Source: a phage. Taken from it: a stretch of DNA of 64,000 bases. Shown piece by piece: positions 11,601 through 19,724 of this stretch. Made by a program: the position numbers and the translations under genes. Position 1 is the first letter of the stretch. Every line of letters starts with the position of its first letter. A model generated the notes under the pieces. It searched no databases and was not told where the DNA came from. It saw only the letters and a list, made by a program, of their open reading frames with translations. The stretch is taken from NCBI GenBank assembly GCA_012112355.1, contig GCA_012112355.1_3028.1; one strand, given 5' to 3'.

Positions 11601-12656
11601 GTTGAACTTCCTGAGACGGCTATTCAAGGACAGGTTGCTAGTGTTCTGAACAACTTGGCTCCTACCCCTAACGGTGTGAAGCGTTATGAAGCCGATTCTG
11701 AAATAGCTATTAATAGCCAAACCGGTATTCGTATCAGAAGCAATGCCGATAAAACTGGTTCTGTGGCTACAATGTTACGAAATGACGGTGGCAGTTTTTA
11801 TATTCTGTTTACAGATAAAAATGCCACCGATGGCGCAGCAACTGTTAATGGTGATTGGAATAGTAAACGTCCTTTCGCAATTAACTTAACAACCGGCGAA
11901 GTGATGATGAATAATGGCATAGCTGTTCGCAGCGCTGCTTTATTCTATAATAGCATAAACGTCAAAGATAATGGTTCTATTAACTTTGATAAATCAGGTG
12001 CTAACCCGAGAAATATGAGAATATTTCATGCTGGCGATGCTTCTCGCGGTAACCGTATTGAAATTGCCGATGAAACTAACTATATTGCTTACTTTGAAAA
12101 AACTCCAGGTGGAGCTAACCGCTTTGTAGTAAATAATGCTACTGTAGCTGGTATTAATCAAACAAATTCATTTGGTATTAATATCAATAACGCACTTGGT
12201 GGAAATAGTATAGCATTTGGTGATAGCGATACTGGTATTAAGCAAAATGGCGATGGATTATTAGACATATATGCGAACAGCGTACAAGTATTCCGTTTCC
12301 AAAACGGTGATTTGTACTCATATAAAAATATAAATGCTCCAAACGTTTATATTCGTTCTGATATTCGCTTAAAATCTAATTTCAAACCTATCGAAAATGC
12401 ACTTGATAAAGTTGAAAAACTCAATGGTGTCATTTATGATAAAGCTGAATACATCGGTGGAGAGGCAATTGAAACTGAAGCGGGTATTGTAGCTCAAACG
12501 TTACAAGACGTTTTACCAGAAGCCGTCCGTGAAACAGAAGACAGCAAGGGTAATAAAATACTCACTGTTTCTTCTCAAGCCCAGATTGCTCTTCTGGTTG
12601 AAGCTGTGAAAACGCTTTCTTCTCGTGTAAAAGAACTTGAATCTAAACTTATGTAA
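8685..12656 (+). CDS. 37: long tail fibre distal subunit gp37, T2/T6-like long form with a C-terminal intramolecular-chaperone-like domain
   Basis: 1323 aa; [46 protein letters not shown] N-terminus as in gp37; internal repeats; C-terminal tail contains SDIRLK...VKELESKLM. Confidence 0.9.
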   Translation: [1323 protein letters not shown]

Positions 12657-12657
12657 A

Positions 12658-12675
12658 AGAGGGCTTCGGCCCTCT
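12658..12675 (+). other. RNA stem-loop with UUCG tetraloop (agagggc-ttcg-gccctct) between genes 37 and 38
   Basis: Perfect inverted repeat in the 30-nt 37-38 intergenic spacer; no T-run, so more likely a stabilising or processing hairpin than a strong terminator. Confidence 0.45.
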
Positions 12676-12686
12676 AAGGATTTTTA

Positions 12687-13472
12687 ATGGCAATTGTAGG
12701 TGTTCCTGGCTGGATTGGTGAATCTGCCGTGAATGAAACTGGACAACGTTGGATGGATGCTGCAATGAGAGCAGTCCGTGTTTCAGTTCCCGGTTGGATG
12801 AGCTCAATGGCCGGACAATCTAAAGAAGTATATTATAGCATTGGTGCTAGTAATTCTTATAATAAAGATACATTAATAAACTGGATAAAAGCCCAAGGCA
12901 GTACTCCTGTTGTTATTACTATTACAGGAAATATTGTTTCTCGATCTACTGGTGTTCCATGCTTAGATTTTCCTAGCTCATTAACTAATGCATACGTGAC
13001 ACTTAATATCAATTCAGGAGTGCATGTTTGGGGCCGTGGCGGGAATGGCGGAAATAACTCTGCCGGTGGAGCAGGAGGAACTGCAATAAATAATGGAATT
13101 GGAACTAGATTGCGTATTAACAACAATGGTGTTATCGCAGGAGGCGGTGGCGGCGGTGGAGGCGGATATTATTCTCCTTTTTCACAAATGAAATTGACTT
13201 TTGGCGGTGGCGGCGGTCGTCCATTTGGTGCTGCTGGCGGGTCTGCTAATATGGAACAGGGCGCTACTGCTGGTACTATTTCTGCACCTGGTAAAGGGTC
13301 TGTCAATGGTATCTATAATGGCGGGAATGGCGGTGATGCTGGTGCCGCAGGTGGTAAATGTAATATTCGTGGGCAAGGATCAGAATATAACGGCGGCGCG
13401 GCCGGTAAAGCTGTTACTGGTAATGCTCCAACTTGGACTAAGGTTGGTACAATATATGGTTCAAGAGTATAA
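12687..13472 (+). CDS. 38: receptor-recognising tail fibre adhesin gp38 (T2-type, glycine-rich)
   Basis: 261 aa, MAIVGVPGWIGESAVNETGQRWMDAAM...; poly-Gly blocks (GGGGGGGGGYY, FGGGGGRPFGAAGG) separating variable segments, as in T2/K3/Ox2 gp38. Confidence 0.85.
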   Translation: MAIVGVPGWIGESAVNETGQRWMDAAMRAVRVSVPGWMSSMAGQSKEVYYSIGASNSYNKDTLINWIKAQGSTPVVITITGNIVSRSTGVPCLDFPSSLTNAYVTLNINSGVHVWGRGGNGGNNSAGGAGGTAINNGIGTRLRINNNGVIAGGGGGGGGGYYSPFSQMKLTFGGGGGRPFGAAGGSANMEQGATAGTISAPGKGSVNGIYNGGNGGDAGAAGGKCNIRGQGSEYNGGAAGKAVTGNAPTWTKVGTIYGSRV

Positions 13473-13504
13473 TTTTTGAATAAATATCCTTAAAAGGAGG
13501 GTCT

Positions 13505-14161
13505 ATGGCAGCACCTAGAATATCATTTTCGCCCTCTGATATTCTATTTGGTGTTCTAGATCGCTTGTTCAAAGATAACGCTACTGGGAAGGTTCTTGCT
13601 TCCCGGGTAGCTGTCGTAATTCTTTTATTTATGATGGCGATTGTTTGGTATAGGGGAGATAGTTTCTTTGAGTACTATAAGCAATCAAAGTATGAAACAT
13701 ACAGTGAAATTATTGAAAAGGAAAGAAATGCACGCTTTGAATCTGTCGCCCTGGAACAACTCCAGATAGTTCATATATCATCTGAGGCAGACTTTAGTGC
13801 GGTGTATTCTTTCCGCCCTAAAAACTTAAACTATTTTGTTGATATTATAGCATACGAAGGAAGATTACCTTCAACAATAACTGAAAAATCACTTGGAGGA
13901 TATCCTGTTGATAAAACTATGGATGAATATATAGTTCATTTAAATGGACGTCATTATTATTCTGACTCAAAATTTGCTTTTTTACCAACTAAAAAGCCTA
14001 CTCCCGAAATAAACTACATGTACAGTTGTCCATATTTTAATTTGGATAATATCTATGCTGGAACGATAACCATGTACTGGTATAGAAATGATCATATAAG
14101 TAATGACCGCCTTGAATCAATATGCGCTCAGGCGGCCAGAATATTAGGAAGGGCTAAATAA
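13505..14161 (+). CDS. t: holin t
   Basis: 218 aa as T4 T; MAAPRISFSPSDILFGVLDRLFKDNATGKVLASRVAVVILLFMMAIVWY with a single N-terminal TM segment and a large periplasmic domain. Confidence 0.9.
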   Translation: MAAPRISFSPSDILFGVLDRLFKDNATGKVLASRVAVVILLFMMAIVWYRGDSFFEYYKQSKYETYSEIIEKERNARFESVALEQLQIVHISSEADFSAVYSFRPKNLNYFVDIIAYEGRLPSTITEKSLGGYPVDKTMDEYIVHLNGRHYYSDSKFAFLPTKKPTPEINYMYSCPYFNLDNIYAGTITMYWYRNDHISNDRLESICAQAARILGRAK

Positions 14162-14434
14162 TTATTTGTTCGTATACATCTCTAGATATCGATATACACC
14201 CTCAAAACCCTCGTTGAATTCGTCGATGAGGGTTTTCTTATCTTCTTGAGTTAATTCAGAAACAATTTTACGGAATGAATTCTGATTTAATTTTCTACCT
14301 TCATGCGTTACTCCAATCTCATTCAGAAATGCAATAAAATTAGCACGATTCTCAACAATATCTTCTCTGGAAAATTTAATCAAAATAGACGCAACAGTAA
14401 TAATTTCACGAACTGTATCAATGTTTTTATTCAT
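14162..14434 (-). CDS. asiA: anti-sigma-70 factor AsiA
   Basis: 90 aa, MNKNIDTVREIITVASILIKFSREDIVENRANFIAFLNEIGVTHEGRKLNQNSFRKIVSELTQEDKKTLIDEFNEGFEGVYRYLEMYTNK; T4 AsiA. Confidence 0.9.
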   Translation of the reverse strand: MNKNIDTVREIITVASILIKFSREDIVENRANFIAFLNEIGVTHEGRKLNQNSFRKIVSELTQEDKKTLIDEFNEGFEGVYRYLEMYTNK

Positions 14435-14446
14435 TAACTATACCAC

Positions 14447-14599
14447 TCAATTAGTTGACTTTGTTATAATATCATCAGACGCTTGATTTGTAAACTGGTC
14501 TGTGTTATTTTCTTCAAAAATTTTTTCTACGAATTCCTTGAACGACTTACGTTCCTGAGCTACATTATGCTCGATTACTTTTTCAAGATTATGACTCAT
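14447..14599 (-). CDS. hypothetical small protein (~50 aa), below ORF-track cutoff
   Basis: Manual translation MSHNLEKVIEHNVAQERKSFKEFVEKIFEENNTDQFTNQASDDIITKSTN from an ATG overlapping the arn stop; fills the asiA-arn gap. Coordinates approximate. Confidence 0.3.
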   Translation of the reverse strand: MSHNLEKVIEHNVAQERKSFKEFVEKIFEENNTDQFTNQASDDIITKSTN

Positions 14600-14874
14600 T
14601 CGAAATAATCTTCAATTTCATAATCATGGACGTAAATCATTATAGTTTTTAATACATCATCAATACTTTTTCCTGGAGCTGGAATTACGTAGAAATATCC
14701 TGCTTTTGAGAGGTCTTTATAAGTTCCAATCAAGAAATCATTATTCTCAAGATGTAGTTCTTCAACTAATTCATTAACAATTGAATGGTATAGGTTTGGT
14801 AGAAACTTATATAGCTTTTCTAGAATATCAATTTTGATTGTGTATTGAACCACGGATTGAGAATCAATAATCAT
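14596..14874 (-). CDS. arn: anti-restriction (anti-McrBC) protein Arn
   Basis: 92 aa, MIIDSQSVVQYTIKIDILEKLYKFLPNLYHSIV...; size and position of T4 Arn next to asiA. Confidence 0.75.
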   Translation of the reverse strand: MIIDSQSVVQYTIKIDILEKLYKFLPNLYHSIVNELVEELHLENNDFLIGTYKDLSKAGYFYVIPAPGKSIDDVLKTIMIYVHDYEIEDYFE

Positions 14875-14957
14875 AGACCTTCCCCTTATGTTTCTGTTTG
14901 CGATTAGATTCTTTAAACGCTTTCTTCTTATCCTTATGAACAGAAGCTTTATTAAAA

Positions 14958-15176
14958 TTATGTTTTGCGACTAAATTGTTCATAGTGCTGAATTACCTCT
15001 CTCAAACATTTGCATGTGAATGAAAACTTTTTAGCTACACCACATTCAAATATATGTTCTCTTAAATCGTGTGTATCCGTATATCCCATCTCAACAATAA
15101 AATGCCGTATTAGATTTTTATCTTTATCATTGAGAGAATTAAAATAATCAGATTTTGAATTAATTTCCCTGGCCAA
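14958..15176 (-). CDS. hypothetical early protein (arn.1-like position)
   Basis: 72-aa ORF in a tightly packed same-strand array between arn and motA. Confidence 0.45.
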   Translation of the reverse strand: MAREINSKSDYFNSLNDKDKNLIRHFIVEMGYTDTHDLREHIFECGVAKKFSFTCKCLREVIQHYEQFSRKT

Positions 15177-15456
15177 ATTGAATCACCTTCAGTTGACGTT
15201 TTAATTCTTTTATCATTTCTTCGTTCATCGCAATATAAAGATCGCGTAAAGCAGGTTTTAGCATGTCATTTATTATAGAACTAAATGGACATACATAATC
15301 TTTTCCTACGAGCTTTTTGGTGAATTCCATATCACAGAACTTAAATCCCGGCTCATTGGTATAAATTCCCCAATTAGTTGACATCATTTTATTGGCATAT
15401 TCTAGTGCCTGGATTTGATTCATAATTCCATCAATTTGAAACTTTTTAATATTCAT
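15160..15456 (-). CDS. hypothetical early protein
   Basis: 98-aa ORF; start overlaps the stop of the upstream ORF (coupled array). Confidence 0.5.
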   Translation of the reverse strand: MNIKKFQIDGIMNQIQALEYANKMMSTNWGIYTNEPGFKFCDMEFTKKLVGKDYVCPFSSIINDMLKPALRDLYIAMNEEMIKELKRQLKVIQFGQGN

Positions 15457-15917
15457 TAGTAAAGGTCCTCAGAGTAAAGTTCTTTTTCATTACCACCACG
15501 TTCAATACGTACTTGTCCAGCGTAAGTTGCAATAATCATTGCTTCTTCACGTGTCCAATAATTACTATATTGGTCAATAAACCCTTGGTCATCATCACAA
15601 ACTTGTTGAGTAACTAATTGAGGTTTAACTACATCTAAAACTTCTGCCATATCTTTAGAATAATGACGAGCACCTGGAATAATAAGAGTTCGTCCATCTT
15701 TTAATTTAAAACGGTTGGCTGCGCAGACAATTCGTCGTTGATACTTTTGGTTTTCATCCCAATACAGAGTCTGCCAACAGATTTCAGGAACTTCGTCTAA
15801 AACATTTTGTTCTGTATATTCACCACCGTAAGAAGCTAATTTAGCAGCCAGACTTTCCGGAGTCTCACGCGACAAAGCTTTATCTAACAGAGCTAAACGT
15901 TCTTTAAAAGTTTTCAT
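15456..15917 (-). CDS. hypothetical early protein
   Basis: 153-aa ORF with stop/start overlap on both sides. Confidence 0.5.
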   Translation of the reverse strand: MKTFKERLALLDKALSRETPESLAAKLASYGGEYTEQNVLDEVPEICWQTLYWDENQKYQRRIVCAANRFKLKDGRTLIIPGARHYSKDMAEVLDVVKPQLVTQQVCDDDQGFIDQYSNYWTREEAMIIATYAGQVRIERGGNEKELYSEDLY

Positions 15918-16243
15918 TTAAACCATTCCTTAATACGTTGCCAAATAGATTTTTGTGCTTGTTTATTTACACCAATCGAACGAATAACCGGTTGTGACTG
16001 CTGATATTCTTTATAATCTTCTTTATAGATTTCGTAAGCTGCATCAACAAATGAACTGATCGCTGCCATGTAGTTTTTACGAAGGCCAAATGGCGCGTCA
16101 TTATTTTCACGAATAACCGTATATTGGCCTGCTTTAATCTTTACGATAGTTCCAAGATAAGCTCCATGATACCAGATGTCCCAACCCTCTTGGGTAGGTT
16201 CTGCACAACGACGAAGTTCATTAACAATTTCTAACTTGTTCAT
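15914..16243 (-). CDS. hypothetical early protein
   Basis: 109-aa ORF directly downstream of motA in the same orientation. Confidence 0.5.
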   Translation of the reverse strand: MNKLEIVNELRRCAEPTQEGWDIWYHGAYLGTIVKIKAGQYTVIRENNDAPFGLRKNYMAAISSFVDAAYEIYKEDYKEYQQSQPVIRSIGVNKQAQKSIWQRIKEWFK

Positions 16244-16253
16244 TATTTATTCC

Positions 16254-16889
16254 TCACAGTTCAGATGCTACAGTGATTACTGCTTCAATGTTTTCTACCG
16301 AGCGTTTAATGTCAAGATACACATTACCGTTTTTAGCGATTTTACATGACATTCCGATGTCAGTAAATTTCTGAATATGATGTTCCATCATTTTGTATCC
16401 AAAAATTCGCATGTTTCCATTGTTGTTAATTTCAAAATTACGAATTCCGTGAGTGCGTTTTTCTAAAATGGCAAGATAATTACTACGATAAGTTTCAACC
16501 TTTTTAAGAACAAATCCATTTTCATCTAAAAGTTTTAACATGAGGTCTTTATCTTCTTCCATATCGGAAGTAATCTCGCGAGCTTTACGAGTTGCTCGTT
16601 TTTTCAGTAGTTCCGGAGCATTTTCCTGTGCATATAAAGTTGCTGCATTTGAAATAATATCCTGAGCTTCACCAGTAATGATTAATCCATCACCAGATTT
16701 CTCCACCAGGCCTTTTTTAATCAATACCCCAATATTACTATTAACTACTGCGTTACCTAAATCTGGATGCACCTCACGAACTTCTGCAGCTGTAATGAAA
16801 TCTTTCTTAGCAATAGTAATTAAAATCGCAGCAGTTTTTTCATTCAGAACATCGTTAGAAGCTTTGATGATGTAAGTTACTTTAGACAT
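16254..16889 (-). CDS. motA: middle-promoter transcription activator MotA
   Basis: 211 aa, MSKVTYIIKASNDVLNEKTAAILITIAKKDFITAAEVREVHPDLGNAV...; T4 MotA size and sequence. Confidence 0.9.
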   Translation of the reverse strand: MSKVTYIIKASNDVLNEKTAAILITIAKKDFITAAEVREVHPDLGNAVVNSNIGVLIKKGLVEKSGDGLIITGEAQDIISNAATLYAQENAPELLKKRATRKAREITSDMEEDKDLMLKLLDENGFVLKKVETYRSNYLAILEKRTHGIRNFEINNNGNMRIFGYKMMEHHIQKFTDIGMSCKIAKNGNVYLDIKRSVENIEAVITVASEL

Positions 16890-16930
16890 TTTCTAATCTC
16901 CGTAATTCTGTATCAGTAGTTGATAGTTGT

Positions 16931-16960
16931 ATAGTACCACAGTATGCTTTGGTTGTAAAC
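16931..16960 (-). promoter_or_regulatory. T4-type early (sigma70) promoter upstream of motA: -35 GTTTAC, 18-nt spacer, TGG-TACTAT -10
   Basis: Minus-strand sense reads GTTTAC-aaccaaagcatactgtgg-TACTAT; member of a repeated promoter family in this window. Confidence 0.5.
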
Positions 16961-16990
16961 CGTTTTATGAAAAAATTTTTGAAATAAAAA

Positions 16991-17012
16991 AGGGAGAGCC
17001 GAGGCTCTCCCT
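16991..17012 (-). terminator. GC-rich hairpin (agggagagcc gaggctctccct) downstream of the small ORF after gene 52
   Basis: Perfect inverted repeat between the motA.1-like ORF and the motA promoter. Confidence 0.45.
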
Positions 17013-17016
17013 AAAA

Positions 17017-17166
17017 TTACTGCATGACTGTGATAACTGTCATGATAACACGTTGAATGCCGAACGCAAGAAGACCTCCTGCTACGGCTGGAACAACACC
17101 TACCCCCGCTAGTAAAATGCCGCCAGATACTAATGCAGCGCTTGTAATACCAATGAATGGACTCAT
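17017..17166 (-). CDS. small hydrophobic membrane protein (~49 aa), motA.1-like position
   Basis: Manual translation MSPFIGITSAALVSGGILLAGVGVVPAVAGGLLAFGIQRVIMTVITVMQ; ATG overlaps the gene 52 stop. Below track cutoff. Confidence 0.45.
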   Translation of the reverse strand: MSPFIGITSAALVSGGILLAGVGVVPAVAGGLLAFGIQRVIMTVITVMQ

Positions 17167-18491
17167 TTGATTTCCTCTAAATCTTTAGTGTATTCTGTAA
17201 CTACATCAGTAGTTTTCCAATATTCGTTTTCTTCTTTTTTAGCTTTAGCTTCTTCAGCAAGTTTCTTTGCTTCATCAGAAGTCATATGAAAAATATTCAT
17301 TCCAACTAGTTTATCAACATAAGAAGAATACATCTCAATTTTAGAAAGTTCTTCGGTCAGTTCTTTACGAGTTTTACCCTGTACAACAATTTCACCTGAA
17401 ATTACTTTCTTAATGAAATGCGCCTTGGCAAAGGCTAAACGAAATGCTGATTCAGTTTCTTTGATTTTGTTATCAATTCGTTTTTGGACATAAGTTTTAC
17501 GAACTTCAACGAAGTCTTTGATTAAATCAACTACGTTATCGTAAACTTGTAGCTTTCCTTTCTCATTAATAACGGTAATATTTTGGGAACGACGCTCAAT
17601 CAACCCGAAGTCTTTCATAATTTTTGCATGGCGTTCTTCTTCATTATCGCTCAAAGAATATTCTTTACGGAATTTAACTTTAAAGCCAAAGCCATGCTCA
17701 CCACAAGCATCATCCCACGTAATGAAGCCTTTATCTTCAAGTGGGTCTAAGATTTTACTCACATAAGTTTCACGATCATACTTATACGGAATCTCAGTGA
17801 TATGCATTTGAGTTCGTGAAGTAAACTTGTATGTTCCACGAATTTCATATTGCCCATCAATCTCAACGACTTCACCACGAAATTCTGGGAATTCTACCTT
17901 CGGTTTAGTTACTTTCTTTCCTTGAAGAGCTTGCAGTACAGCTTTCTTGACAGAAGAAACACTATGAGGAAGAATGTAAGTTGCATAACCAGTTGCAATA
18001 CCGGAAACACCATTAAGAAGAACAGTAGGAATAATAGGCAAATAGAAAGCAGGCGGAATGTGTTCTTTATCTTGATGTACTGGAGCATATTCAGTATCTT
18101 TATATACGTTATAGAAATTTTTACTTACACGAGCAAAAATATAACGACTAGCTGCTGCCTTTTGGACAGTACGAGAACCGAAGTTTCCTTGACCATCTAA
18201 CAAAGGAAAGTTATTATTCCAAGTATTAGCCATCAAAGCCCCTGCATCTTGTGCAGAGTTTTCACCATGGTGATATCCAAGGTCCGCTACACCACCTGCA
18301 ATAGAAGCAAGTTTGTGAAACTTATCTTTATTTCCTCGTGCCAAATCAAGAGCTCGAGCAATAACAAATCGTTGAACTGGCTTAAATCCATCAATCATAT
18401 TTGGAATAGCACGATTTTCAACCGTGTACATAGCATAAGCCAATGCTTCATTATCAATGATACTTTTTAAATCGCGATTATTCAGTTGCAT
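17163..18491 (-). CDS. 52: DNA topoisomerase II medium subunit gp52 (GyrA-like)
   Basis: 442 aa as T4 gp52; MQLNNRDLKSIIDNEALAYAMYTVENRAIPNMIDGFKPVQRFV. Confidence 0.9.
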   Translation of the reverse strand: MQLNNRDLKSIIDNEALAYAMYTVENRAIPNMIDGFKPVQRFVIARALDLARGNKDKFHKLASIAGGVADLGYHHGENSAQDAGALMANTWNNNFPLLDGQGNFGSRTVQKAAASRYIFARVSKNFYNVYKDTEYAPVHQDKEHIPPAFYLPIIPTVLLNGVSGIATGYATYILPHSVSSVKKAVLQALQGKKVTKPKVEFPEFRGEVVEIDGQYEIRGTYKFTSRTQMHITEIPYKYDRETYVSKILDPLEDKGFITWDDACGEHGFGFKVKFRKEYSLSDNEEERHAKIMKDFGLIERRSQNITVINEKGKLQVYDNVVDLIKDFVEVRKTYVQKRIDNKIKETESAFRLAFAKAHFIKKVISGEIVVQGKTRKELTEELSKIEMYSSYVDKLVGMNIFHMTSDEAKKLAEEAKAKKEENEYWKTTDVVTEYTKDLEEIK

Positions 18492-18495
18492 AAAT

Positions 18496-18636
18496 TTACC
18501 ATACTAGTGAATGTAGTGCCATAATAACATCAGAAATGAAAAGCACGACTTGAATCAATCCGAACATTACTCCATAATATAGTGCTACTAATAAAGTAGC
18601 AAGGGCTAATGAATAGCCCAAGATTTTCTTAATCAT
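18496..18636 (-). CDS. small membrane protein (~46 aa), 52.1-like position
   Basis: Manual translation MIKKILGYSLALATLLVALYYGVMFGLIQVVLFISDVIMALHSLVW; below track cutoff. Confidence 0.4.
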   Translation of the reverse strand: MIKKILGYSLALATLLVALYYGVMFGLIQVVLFISDVIMALHSLVW

Positions 18637-18787
18637 TAGTAGATAACAACACAAATGTTAAATATGCACACATACCCTGAGCTAAAGCTTGCGAAAACAC
18701 ACTGCTAGCATCGATACAGATAGTTAAAACACATGCTACTATCCAACAAATAAATGAAATAACTCCTAATAATTTTGCAATATTCAT
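18629..18787 (-). CDS. ac: acriflavine-resistance membrane protein Ac
   Basis: Manual translation MNIAKLLGVISFICWIVACVLTICIDASSVFSQALAQGMCAYLTFVLLSTND (~52 aa); size and position of T4 ac immediately after stp. Confidence 0.6.
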   Translation of the reverse strand: MNIAKLLGVISFICWIVACVLTICIDASSVFSQALAQGMCAYLTFVLLSTND

Positions 18788-18794
18788 ATTTTCC

Positions 18795-18875
18795 TCACTG
18801 GCGTCCGAAGACGCCTTTAGTTTTAAGATTATTACGATAGAACTGCATCACGTGTTCGTTGTGGAAATTACTCAT
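18795..18875 (-). CDS. stp: Stp peptide (26 aa), known modulator of host EcoprrI restriction and the PrrC anticodon nuclease
   Basis: Manual translation [26 protein letters not shown], identical to the T4 Stp peptide as I recall it; start overlaps the ndd stop (TAATG). Confidence 0.8.
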
Positions 18876-19333
18876 TAATATGCCTGCAAAACGAATTTAA
18901 AGTTATCAGCCAACATACGGTTCATTTCTTCAAGTGTTTGATACTCGGAATGATGATTACGGGTAAACGCCAAAGCTAACTGACCTTTACCAAATCCTGT
19001 CGTCAGAGGTTTCATCTTAGAAGCAGGCAGATAAAATACTGTGTATACCATATTGTTATTTGCAATAGTACGTGCAAGCTGAGACCGACGTTGACGAATA
19101 TGACTTAGAACTGCACTGAATCCTTGCTTAGAACGCTGATTACCTACATAAAATCGTGCAGACACACATGGATTACTAAATGGACGACCATCTAATTTAC
19201 TTACTAAAAAGTAAAATCCAGGTTTAGACAAAATGTCTTTGTGTGGAGTTCCCAAAAACCACTCACCGCCCTTGATTGTACCAATAACAGTAGCGCCTGC
19301 ATCATTTAGATCAGTAACAGCCATATATTTCAT
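18875..19333 (-). CDS. ndd: nucleoid disruption protein Ndd
   Basis: Track ORF 18875..19381; from the internal Met ([42 protein letters not shown]...) ~152 aa, matching T4 Ndd. Confidence 0.85.
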
Positions 19334-19393
19334 TTTAATTTCCTCTAAATTATTTTCTACTCCAAGGCCGCATGAATACATACGGCCGATAAA

Positions 19394-19609
19394 TTAATCG
19401 TCGCAGTCGACGCTCAATTCCCAGAATTCTTCTACGGTATAAGTTTCAGTATCATTTTCAATACAGAAACGTTCATTACTATTATTTGCTAAAGTAGCAT
19501 TAACTGTCGGTTTCTCGCTAGTGCTCTTAAGAGGTGAAATACGAATTAACTGATCACCATTATCTAAACAGAAAATTTCACCAACTTTTACATCTTTAAA
19601 ACTTTTCAT
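19394..19609 (-). CDS. hypothetical protein (ndd.1-like position)
   Basis: 71-aa acidic ORF directly upstream of ndd on the same strand. Confidence 0.45.
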   Translation of the reverse strand: MKSFKDVKVGEIFCLDNGDQLIRISPLKSTSEKPTVNATLANNSNERFCIENDTETYTVEEFWELSVDCDD

Positions 19610-19724
19610 AATTCACCTCAAGGAGTATAAAATCCAAATGCAGTTGTTGACCATCCCATCCAATATGGGAAATTTGCACCAATGTAAAACATGAGAATAT
19701 AAAACCAACCACTCAGCAAATTCA

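Noticed and set aside
13126-13230. Short tandem GGC/GGT repeats that might resemble a repeat array
   Set aside because: They encode poly-glycine within gp38 and lack spacer/repeat periodicity; not a CRISPR array.
3861-13479. Numerous short ORFs on either strand inside genes 34, 37 and 38 (e.g. 3861..4082, 4371..4613, 9134..9340, 10295..10738, 12857..13126, 13201..13479)
   Set aside because: Fully embedded in long, well-supported tail-fibre genes; alternative-frame or antisense artefacts of repeat-rich coding sequence.
16927-17112. Plus-strand 61-aa ORF and plus-strand TATGCTTTG MotA-box-like motif in the motA upstream region
   Set aside because: The region is occupied by a minus-strand promoter, hairpin and small ORF; the motif lies in the spacer of the opposite-strand promoter with no plus-strand gene downstream.
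17850-18470. Plus-strand ORFs inside gene 52 (17850..18200, 18249..18470)
   Set aside because: Antisense to a confidently identified topoisomerase gene; Ser/Cys/Asn-rich junk translations.
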